Source: Candidatus Saccharimonadota bacterium
GTDB lineage: Bacteria; Patescibacteriota; Saccharimonadia; Saccharimonadales; UBA4665
Length of the DNA stretch: 32,000 nt
Direction: 5' to 3'
NCBI GenBank assembly: GCA_963718045.1
Contig: OY970350.1
Coordinates: 240,001 to 272,000, forward strand
A program made the position numbers and the translations under genes. A model generated the notes under the pieces. The model had not been told where the DNA came from. It did not search any database and was given only the letters and a program-made list of their open reading frames with translations. This document shows positions 25,737 through 32,000 of the stretch, in pieces (the stretch's first letter is position 1; each line of letters opens with the position of its first letter).

Positions 25737-27842
25737 GTGCTGAATACATTCAGGTGGCTAAGGTTAAGCCTGCACGGTCCAAAGCTGATACTGGCCGGCG
25801 TTTCTTTAATAGTCTGCTTGCCATTAACGGCCACGGTCGCTGCTAATGCTGACTCGACATGCACTCCCCCAACCTACACTACTGGAGTTCATCAGCCAGT
25901 CGGAGCAGATGCTTCACTTTATTCCTATGACTGCGACACTGGCCTTTGGGAAAGCGAGTACTATTCTTATGATCCGGCAACAGGCGTTTATGCGCCTCTT
26001 TATCAAATTGTCTATACTTATGACCCGACAACCGGTTTATACGACTACCCAAACTATGTGTTTGACGCGCCGACTAATTCTTATCAGCTAGTCACCGATA
26101 CGCTGTCCACACCGCCGTCCGGTGCGACAGTTGTCGGCGGGCCTACAAGCGATCCCGACCCTTCTGATGGCACCTCAGCCTCTGACCCATCAAATACAAT
26201 TACGGATACTGGCGATGGTTCAACTAATACTATTAATGACAGCAATGACCCCGGAGGCAGTAACAGTATCTCTGATACCGGTGCTGACTCTAATAACACG
26301 ATTAATGCCAGCGACGACAATAATACGAATGCTAGTGATACAAGTGATGTCGGCGTAGACAATAATCTATCGGCTACTGCCATAAGCGGTGATGCCACAG
26401 TACTAGCCAACACTACAGGCGGCGATGCTACCACCGGTGATGCCACTAACGAGGCCAATATTGTCAACTTGCTGCAGTCGGCCTCCGATGCTTTAGGCGA
26501 TAACGCTGTTACCTTTGTAGCTAACATTGACGGCAACGTAAATGGTGATTTATTACTGGATCCTTCAACGCTATCTGATGTCCAGGGTAGCACTGATCCA
26601 AGCGGTAACATTACAGTTAATAATTCAGACAATTCGACTTTAACTAATAATGTTAACCTGGCATCTGCTACCGGCAATGCTAGCGTGTCTGAAAACACCA
26701 ATGCTGGCAATGCTACCAGCGGTACAGCTAGCTCAGTAGCTAATGTGGTTAATATGATTGATTCGGTTATTTCAAGCGGCCAATCCTTCCTTGGCGTTAT
26801 CAACATCAACGGAGATTTAAACGGCAACATTCTATTACCGGCAGATTTCGTTGACCAGCTGTTAGCGGATAATGTACCAACGGTCAATGTAATAACCGAT
26901 ACAGGTGCTAGTTCGGATAATACAATCAACAGCAGCAGTCCGAGCAGTACAGATATTACCAATAGTAACAATGAGGGTATTAGCAATAACATAGACTCCA
27001 CGGCTACAACCGGCAGTGCTGATGTCTCAGATAATACTGACGCCGGCAGTGCCACCAGCGGCACCGCTAATACTTCTATAACCGCCTTTAACCTTACTGG
27101 CAGCAACGTTATAGGCAGCAATGATCTGCTGGTCTTTGTAAACGTTGCTGGCGGCAGCTGGGTCGGTCTAATTATCAATGCTCCAGCCGGGGCATCTGCC
27201 GCTGAATTTGGTGGCGGTATTATAGAAAACACTGATGGCAATACCACTGTTAATAACAGTAATAATGAGGCTATAACTAATAATATTGATTTGGCGGCAG
27301 CTAGCGGTGATGCAGATGTTAGCTATAATACCAACGCTGGTAGTGCTACCAGCGGCAATGCTGACGATGCTGCTAACCTATTAAATATTGAAAATAGCGA
27401 CCTATCACTGTCTGGTTGGTTCGGTATCCTGTTTATAAATGTTTTCGGGACATGGAATGGCAGCCTGGGCGTATATAACCCTACTACCGACCCATCTACG
27501 TCATCTGACCCAAGCGGCAGCAGTGCTGGTTTGCCGGCTTCCTTTATAGCCGCCCCAGTATTCAGCTTTAAGCCGAGCAGTTCAGGCAATTCTGGCGGGA
27601 ATTATACTGACCCCTCCCTGTCGTCTACTGGTAACGGCTCATCAAATGTTGACGATGCCGTACTGGCATCAATCATAAAAACTGCACCAGATAAATCGCC
27701 AGTCTACCCTAACTCTCATGACAACAATACTTCAGGCTTCCACTATATTTGGGCATTAATAGTCGGTTCGATTGCACTTTACCTTTTGTACTGGGCTGGG
27801 GATATGGTCTATACCAGGAAGCACCCTAAGGTTAAAACTTAG
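25737..27842 (+). CDS. Large secreted multi-module surface protein with N-terminal Tyr-rich repeat domain and C-terminal membrane tether
   Basis: 701 aa, GTG start 6 nt after GGAAGGAGG. Signal peptide ending 'VAANA'. Residues 61-119 are Y-x-YD-xxTG-xY repeats. Residues 155-581 hold one truncated and four full copies of the module found in the 193-aa protein. The C-terminus is a hydrophobic helix plus 'TRKHPKVKT'. Confidence 0.85.
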   Translation: MLNTFRWLRLSLHGPKLILAGVSLIVCLPLTATVAANADSTCTPPTYTTGVHQPVGADASLYSYDCDTGLWESEYYSYDPATGVYAPLYQIVYTYDPTTGLYDYPNYVFDAPTNSYQLVTDTLSTPPSGATVVGGPTSDPDPSDGTSASDPSNTITDTGDGSTNTINDSNDPGGSNSISDTGADSNNTINASDDNNTNASDTSDVGVDNNLSATAISGDATVLANTTGGDATTGDATNEANIVNLLQSASDALGDNAVTFVANIDGNVNGDLLLDPSTLSDVQGSTDPSGNITVNNSDNSTLTNNVNLASATGNASVSENTNAGNATSGTASSVANVVNMIDSVISSGQSFLGVININGDLNGNILLPADFVDQLLADNVPTVNVITDTGASSDNTINSSSPSSTDITNSNNEGISNNIDSTATTGSADVSDNTDAGSATSGTANTSITAFNLTGSNVIGSNDLLVFVNVAGGSWVGLIINAPAGASAAEFGGGIIENTDGNTTVNNSNNEAITNNIDLAAASGDADVSYNTNAGSATSGNADDAANLLNIENSDLSLSGWFGILFINVFGTWNGSLGVYNPTTDPSTSSDPSGSSAGLPASFIAAPVFSFKPSSSGNSGGNYTDPSLSSTGNGSSNVDDAVLASIIKTAPDKSPVYPNSHDNNTSGFHYIWALIVGSIALYLLYWAGDMVYTRKHPKVKT
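26199..27479 (+). repeat. Protein-level super-repeats: module core (..[ST]G.A.V..NT.[AG]G.ATSG.A..) plus a hydrophobic N/G-punctuated tail
   Basis: Cores: 'SGDATVLANTTGGDATTGDATNEANIVN', 'TGNASVSENTNAGNATSGTASSVANVVN', 'TGSADVSDNTDAGSATSGTANTSITAFN', 'SGDADVSYNTNAGSATSGNADDAANLLN'. Tails: 'VTFVANIDGNVNGDLLL', 'FLGVININGDLNGNILL', 'LLVFVNVAGGSWVGLIIN', 'WFGILFINVFGTWNGSLGV'. Confidence 0.8.
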
Positions 27843-29004
27843 TCCAGTCGACAGATAAGGCTTTTATACTGACAACTACCAAAGTCAAATACCCGAGTAT
27901 TGATACCAGGCACAACCAGCTAATATATACCGGCGATAGGAGTATAGAGATTATTTTACCTCCTATACTAGATTGCTCATCCTGAGAAACTGTAAAGATA
28001 AAGTAGATACCAAGCAGTACCAGACTGACCTCAAGAAAATCTGGTTCTTTTAGGGCTATTGCCAGATAGGTAAAGTAGCCCAATACTATCGGCACGCATA
28101 AACATATTAAGGCTAAAATAAATACTGATGCGGCTTGGATTTGCGGCCATAGCTGAATTTTGTGCTCTGTTCTAGGGCCGGCAGACTTAATGCCGGCCAT
28201 TACCCTGGCCAATGAAAGCTGTCTGTTTAGAGTCTGCTTTACCAGACTGGTTAAACTGACTGGCGGCGAATTTGTTACTAAATCGCTGTTATAGGCTACC
28301 ATAAGACCCTTAGGCACTATAAAAGGCTCTAAGTCAGATGTGTTCTTTAGCAGAGAAGTTCTATAAAAGGTGGAGTGATTATGATCGATAAAATAAGTAG
28401 CCTTAAAAAAGCACTGCGCTTTAAGCGAGACATTGGTGGTTCTGCTGGCAAAAGAACTGTAAAGCCCGGCGACAGTATGATTTTCTGAGGCAATATCATT
28501 GGCTAGCAATATTCCAAGATCTGACGTTTCTTTAAAGCGCAGCACTGCTTTTTTAATAATGTCTTTCTTAATAACCGGACAATTACTCAGCACCAAGACA
28601 ATCTCACCCTCAGTCTTATATGAGGCATATTTAAGTATCTCTACTCGGCTGTTCATTTTAGGTTTATGCATAAATCTGATCTGTTTCGTTGGATGATCAG
28701 ACATAATCTTGTGAACAACTTTTTTGATCGAACTACCCGAACTTGAATCGATAATTATAATATCTAGCCTTGGGTAGCGACTGGCAAACAAACTTTTCAA
28801 ACAGGCGGATATGTCAGAGGCAGAGTTACTTATAGGCACTATTACCGACACAATTGGCAGTTTCCTGTATTTGCTTTGATGCGCGGTCTTAGCATGCGAT
28901 TTTTTTAATTCTGACAATGTGTAAAAACTGCTGCCGGCAATGTTTAAGAATAAGTAGATGGCAAGTACCAGGGCGCAGATAGTCAAGGCTATATCTAATA
29001 TCAT
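27832..29004 (-). CDS. Integral-membrane family-2 glycosyltransferase (synthase-like topology)
   Basis: 390 aa. N-terminal TM, then a GT2 start 'LPIVSVIVPISNSASDISACLKSLFASRYPRLDIIIIDSSS', then at least 3 C-terminal TMs. No clear QxxRW. The start overlaps the sortase stop by ATGA (29001-29004). The 3' end overlaps the 701-aa gene by 11 nt. Confidence 0.7.
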   Translation of the reverse strand: MILDIALTICALVLAIYLFLNIAGSSFYTLSELKKSHAKTAHQSKYRKLPIVSVIVPISNSASDISACLKSLFASRYPRLDIIIIDSSSGSSIKKVVHKIMSDHPTKQIRFMHKPKMNSRVEILKYASYKTEGEIVLVLSNCPVIKKDIIKKAVLRFKETSDLGILLANDIASENHTVAGLYSSFASRTTNVSLKAQCFFKATYFIDHNHSTFYRTSLLKNTSDLEPFIVPKGLMVAYNSDLVTNSPPVSLTSLVKQTLNRQLSLARVMAGIKSAGPRTEHKIQLWPQIQAASVFILALICLCVPIVLGYFTYLAIALKEPDFLEVSLVLLGIYFIFTVSQDEQSSIGGKIISILLSPVYISWLCLVSILGYLTLVVVSIKALSVDWTKF

Positions 29005-29603
29005 GTCAGCACCTTATTGAAATTAAAGATATACATGGTTCGCCATTCATTTAATGAGCCGGTACAGGTTTGAATGGTAAGAGTTGGCGGTCCGCCAGCA
29101 AATAAAACGGACGTATCAGTCGGGCCGATGGAGTAAACCTGCGAAAAACTGTACTGGAATATATGACCGTTAGCTGTATAAACATAGGCTATAGCACCAA
29201 TTTGAGGTGTTGTATGTCTGAGCGACCCAAAGACGAAATCGTTGTTATGGCCGTAAATGAAGCTATCTCCAGCGATATTGTTGGCAAGCGTTGAGGACAT
29301 ATCGAACTGGGCCCTATAGCCGCTTAATGTCCATGTGTCAGTGTCCGGATTATAGTAACCAGGATCAACCGGTATATCGATGGCCGAGGCGGGTATCACG
29401 ACCCGTACCGGTAGTCCGGCAATAACCTTTATGGCTTGGTCGGCTTCAAGCTCTGGTCTGGTAGTTTTGGTTAGGTTAGTTAAACTTACCACCTGGTGAT
29501 AGGGGCGAATGCAATACCAGCCAAAGAATATAGTTAGGCCATATATGATAGCCAGCTTTAGAAAGTAGTGAGCCTTAATTACCCACTTTGAACCGTTATT
29601 CAT
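29001..29603 (-). CDS. Sortase (class E/F-like transpeptidase)
   Basis: 200 aa with an N-terminal TM anchor. Catalytic His in 'FIYGHNN', Cys in 'PTLTIQTCTG' (TLxTC-like), Arg in 'NEWRTMY'. Confidence 0.8.
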   Translation of the reverse strand: MNNGSKWVIKAHYFLKLAIIYGLTIFFGWYCIRPYHQVVSLTNLTKTTRPELEADQAIKVIAGLPVRVVIPASAIDIPVDPGYYNPDTDTWTLSGYRAQFDMSSTLANNIAGDSFIYGHNNDFVFGSLRHTTPQIGAIAYVYTANGHIFQYSFSQVYSIGPTDTSVLFAGGPPTLTIQTCTGSLNEWRTMYIFNFNKVLT

Positions 29604-29621
29604 TTCTAAGCCCTAGATTGA

Positions 29622-30167
29622 CTACTTCGACAGGTGGCGCTTTAAGGACACGATAGTAGCACCGATTAAAGATAGTCCTGCTAAAGAGCCTACACCAATA
29701 GTTGCGGCATCAAGAGCGCTATTGCTGCCAGTGTTAGGCAAACTGACTGGAACTGTTGCCGGTGTGGTTGCTGCTGGAGTAACAGATGCCGGTGTGCTAG
29801 GTGTTACAACAGCGCTTGTTGTAAAGGCCGTAGTTGTCGCTGCTACTGGCGCGCAACTGGCACCCAACTGGACTGTTACGTTGCTGCTGTTGCTGGAGTT
29901 ACCAGAAGTCGCATTGCCGCCACTAGTGTTATTACCTGTAGTTGCGCTACCGCTGGTAGCGCTTTGACTATTGTTTTCAGTAATCGTGCCTTGATTACTG
30001 CAAGAGACTGATACGTTGTTTGTGTCGACACAATTTACGGTGTTGGTTGATCCTGCACCAGTGCCTGAAATGCTGCCGTTGCAGGTAACAGATGATGCGC
30101 TGGCGACTCCCGACATCAGTCCTATCCCAATTATTGATGATGCCAACGTTAATAATAGTTTTCGCAT
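29622..30167 (-). CDS. LPXTG-anchored surface protein carrying one copy of the locus module
   Basis: 181 aa from the ATG at 30167 (AAGGAGGG upstream; the ORF-track start at 30212 was rejected). Signal peptide 'MRKLLLTLASSIIGIGLMSGVASA'. Module 'ISGTGAGSTNTVN...NTSGGNATSGNSSN' with 4 Cys, then a Pro/Thr/Ala stalk. The sorting signal is 'LPNTG' (29727-29741) plus a hydrophobic helix plus 'KRHLSK'. Confidence 0.88.
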   Translation of the reverse strand: MRKLLLTLASSIIGIGLMSGVASASSVTCNGSISGTGAGSTNTVNCVDTNNVSVSCSNQGTITENNSQSATSGSATTGNNTSGGNATSGNSSNSSNVTVQLGASCAPVAATTTAFTTSAVVTPSTPASVTPAATTPATVPVSLPNTGSNSALDAATIGVGSLAGLSLIGATIVSLKRHLSK

Positions 30168-30316
30168 AGTATATTCCCTCCTTAGTAATTGTTTATCAGG
30201 ATATATATACAATAAACTTGGTAAGAAAACAGTAATATATTGTACTAAAAGCTTTATGAAGAGATTTCTGCCTGGACGTCAATTATTGTCAGAACATTAA
30301 CCTTTATTCTAATTGC

Positions 30317-30889
30317 CTAAGGGGTAAACATAGAAAATAAGATAGGTGGCGAAACCAAGGGGCTGCACTTGCCCAGACTGTTTAAATAATTAGAATACAG
30401 AAGCTGAACTTGAGAGTTATAGGCGGCAAAAATATTGTTAAGCTGTTCGTCGAACGCTAGATAAGGTTCACCGCTAATTTCGCTGTTATTACGAATACTG
30501 TCGGCAGATTGATTGGTATTGGCTAGATCTTGAAACAAGGATTTGTTATAGGCAGCGGTCAATGCGGGGACTTTCTGACAACTGGACGTTTGGTCTGACG
30601 CAGCAGATGTTTTAGGGGGACTAATTGTCGTTCTTGAAGGCTGAGATATAGCAATGTACTGGTTTTGGTTATAACTATTTAGACAATCTTTAGAACTCAA
30701 AAGACAAGTATTTTTAGAAAGAGCTGAATTCCTACCAGATATCTGTTCGTTATGAGTCGTAGTAGTAGGTTCAAGATCGATAGCCGTTCCTAAAGCTGCC
30801 ATTATTAAAGTAGCTGCAAGAACTATTCTGAATAATTGCGGCAAGGGCTGTAGTTTTACAAATAGTCTGGGTTCCGTTCTCTTTGGCAT
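30317..30889 (-). CDS. Signal-anchored or secreted hypothetical protein (4 Cys), first gene of the sortase operon
   Basis: 190 aa. GGAGG lies 10 nt upstream of the ATG. N-terminal hydrophobic segment 'FRIVLAATLIMAALGTAI', a Ser/Thr/Asn/Gln-rich middle and a helical-looking C-terminus. Confidence 0.65.
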   Translation of the reverse strand: MPKRTEPRLFVKLQPLPQLFRIVLAATLIMAALGTAIDLEPTTTTHNEQISGRNSALSKNTCLLSSKDCLNSYNQNQYIAISQPSRTTISPPKTSAASDQTSSCQKVPALTAAYNKSLFQDLANTNQSADSIRNNSEISGEPYLAFDEQLNNIFAAYNSQVQLLYSNYLNSLGKCSPLVSPPILFSMFTP

Positions 30890-31015
30890 ATAGACGATAC
30901 CTCCGAAAGATACATCTTAAAAGACTATGTCACAACTATGACTTAACATCAATAATATATCTTAGTAAATATAATAGTCGGCATTCTTTGTGATACACTG
31001 AACTTACTTAACAAT

Positions 31016-31126
31016 TTAAATATAAAGAGTGCAGTGAGAGATCTAGCTCTGTGACCTGCCAGCAACCCGTTATGATGGGTGCTCCATCTAGTCCGCCATC
31101 GACGGAAAAGATATTTTGATATTTAT
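31016..31126 (+). promoter_or_regulatory. SAM riboswitch aptamer, SAM-I clan (SAM-I or SAM-I/IV-like)
   Basis: Directly upstream of metK. 'AAGAGUGCAG...CUGCCAGCAACCC-guuaugau-GGGUGCUCC' matches the conserved junction and P3 core (GCAACC...GGUGC). Candidate helices: P2 GCAG/CUGC with inner AGAG/CUCU, and P4 UCCG/CGGA. The P2-loop CUAG could pair with the downstream AUCUAG as a pseudoknot. Boundaries are approximate. Confidence 0.6.
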
Positions 31127-31161
31127 CCTTTCTGAAGAGAACTGGCAGAAAGGATTTTTAA
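31127..31161 (+). terminator. Riboswitch expression platform: intrinsic terminator CCTTTCTG-n11-CAGAAAGG followed by ATTTTTAAT
   Basis: Arms at 31127-31134 and 31146-31153. The T-rich tract ends 1-2 nt before the metK ATG at 31163. The 3' arm contains the only SD-like sequence (AAAGGA). Confidence 0.6.
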
Positions 31162-31162
31162 T

Positions 31163-32000
31163 ATGAACCTAAGAACGGCTGAGTCGGTATCACCTAAACA
31201 TCCGGATAAAATATGCGACCAGATATCCGACAGTATTCTAGACGCGGCACTTAAAGTCGACCCTAGCTCTAGAGTTGCCATGGAAACAGTCGGCGGCCAT
31301 AAGCTGGTGGTGCTAATTGGCGAGGTTACATCAAAAGCCAAAATAGACTACGAAAAGATAGCCAGAAGATTTGTTGATGAGAGCTACAAGGTCATAGTTC
31401 GCATTGTTCATCAGAGCCCAGAGATTGCCAGCGGTATCGATACTGGTGGTGCTGGCGATCAAGGTATTATGGTTGGTTATGCCACAAATGAAACTGAAAA
31501 CCTCATGCCCTTAGAAGTTGATTTAAGCCGGTCGTTAAACCGTTTTATATATGATAAATTCCCTTATGACGGCAAAACTCAGATAACTACTTCTGACGGT
31601 AAAATAACGGCCATTGTTGCTAGCTTTCAGAATGCTAAAAAAGCCGAGCTTAAGGACATGATTAATGCCTGGGTTAATACCCAGCCGCATAGCTCCAAGG
31701 TTAATATATTCGCTAACCCAGCCGGAGATTGGGATATGGGTGGTTTTGATGCTGACAGCGGGTTAACCGGCCGAAAGATTGCTATAGACAGCTACGGTCC
31801 GCGTATACCTATTGGCGGCGGAGCATTCAGCGGCAAGGATGCCACTAAAGTTGATCGCTCGGCTGCCTATATGGCCCGTAAAATAGCTGTCGATTATTTA
31901 AAGAAGAATAATGCTCACGAAGTATATTGCCAGCTGGCTTATGCCATAGGCGTAATTGAGCCTGTAGAAGCAGTTGTAACTGTTGACGGTAAAGAGAGAA
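31163..32000 (+). CDS. metK: S-adenosylmethionine synthetase (compact form), 3' end beyond the window
   Basis: Open frame from the ATG at 31163 to the window end. 'ESVSPKHPDKICDQISDSILDA', 'GAGDQGIMVGYA', 'GRKIAIDSYG', 'GGGAFSGKDATKVDRSAAYMAR' are MetK signatures. It is absent from the ORF track because no stop lies within the window. Confidence 0.9.
   Translation, partial: MNLRTAESVSPKHPDKICDQISDSILDAALKVDPSSRVAMETVGGHKLVVLIGEVTSKAKIDYEKIARRFVDESYKVIVRIVHQSPEIASGIDTGGAGDQGIMVGYATNETENLMPLEVDLSRSLNRFIYDKFPYDGKTQITTSDGKITAIVASFQNAKKAELKDMINAWVNTQPHSSKVNIFANPAGDWDMGGFDADSGLTGRKIAIDSYGPRIPIGGGAFSGKDATKVDRSAAYMARKIAVDYLKKNNAHEVYCQLAYAIGVIEPVEAVVTVDGKER

Noticed and set aside
25664-25846. 60-aa ORF overlapping the start of the 701-aa gene
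   Set aside because: It starts inside the intergenic hairpin with no RBS. It is out of frame with a gene that has GGAAGGAGG-6-GTG and a classic signal peptide.
26084-27247. 387-aa minus-strand ORF antisense to the 701-aa gene, plus similar antisense ORFs at 24972-25259, 27323-27589 and 29722-29967
   Set aside because: They lie entirely inside genes that have signal peptides, strong RBSs and a coherent repeat architecture. The antisense frames are stop-free only because the sense codons are biased (Asn/Thr/Ser/Gly/Ala-rich). They translate to Leu/Val/Ser/Pro low-complexity sequence with no RBS.
24988-27842. Possibility that the Asn-rich (AAC/AAT-rich) repeats are a diversity-generating-retroelement variable region, or a phase-variable contingency locus
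   Set aside because: The window has no reverse transcriptase and no template/variable repeat pair with A-specific differences. The repeats have diverged at the DNA level. I found no long homopolymer or simple-sequence tract in the 5' ends or promoters.
30168-30212. Upstream in-frame start (MYIYPDKQLLRREYT...) for the LPNTG protein
   Set aside because: The internal ATG at 30167 is preceded by AAGGAGGG and yields a canonical signal peptide (MRKLLLTL...). The extension would read through that RBS.

Overview
Gene-dense bacterial chromosome segment with about 40 protein genes, 3 tRNA genes and 1 riboswitch. I found no rRNA, CRISPR array, transposase, integrase or reverse transcriptase. TGA, TAA and TAG all act as stops (standard code). 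Many genes abut or overlap, with 0-nt gaps, 4-nt ATGA overlaps and one 11-nt convergent overlap.

High-confidence housekeeping genes are xth, pyrH, uppP, gdh, hisS, typA, ackA and metK (3' end cut by the window edge). Also present: a MacB-type ABC ATPase/permease pair, a CvpA-trypsin (MarP-like) protease, NUDIX, GtrA, SRPBCC, a DUF1801-like protein, VKOR and a yefM-yoeB toxin-antitoxin pair.

The repertoire suggests a Patescibacteria/CPR, Saccharibacteria-like genome. Pointers are the compact MetK, a membrane-anchored Clp-like ATPase with a degenerate first AAA module, sortase/LPXTG, and many secreted Asn/Ser/Thr-rich hypotheticals. This is inference only.

The most interesting region is 23.5-30.9 kb. 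Two converging operons encode one paralogous Asn/Thr/Ser/Gly-rich module in three anchoring states: free secreted, LPNTG/sortase-anchored, and part of a 701-aa membrane-tethered protein. They sit with a dedicated sortase, a membrane GT2 glycosyltransferase translationally coupled to the sortase, two more signal-anchored proteins and an adjacent VKOR. I read this as a candidate uncharacterised surface fibre or coat assembly system.

Secondary observations:
- a membrane-anchored Clp/Hsp100 with a dead D1 module, coupled to a small membrane protein
- three tRNA-Ser isoacceptors within 3.8 kb
- a near-consensus promoter with GTAC operator repeats at yefM
- recurrent -10 boxes 6-10 nt upstream of start codons, suggesting leaderless mRNAs
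- a SAM-I-clan riboswitch whose terminator sequesters the metK SD
- an unlisted 49-codon conserved-looking ORF
- an SD-hairpin-AUG leader at typA
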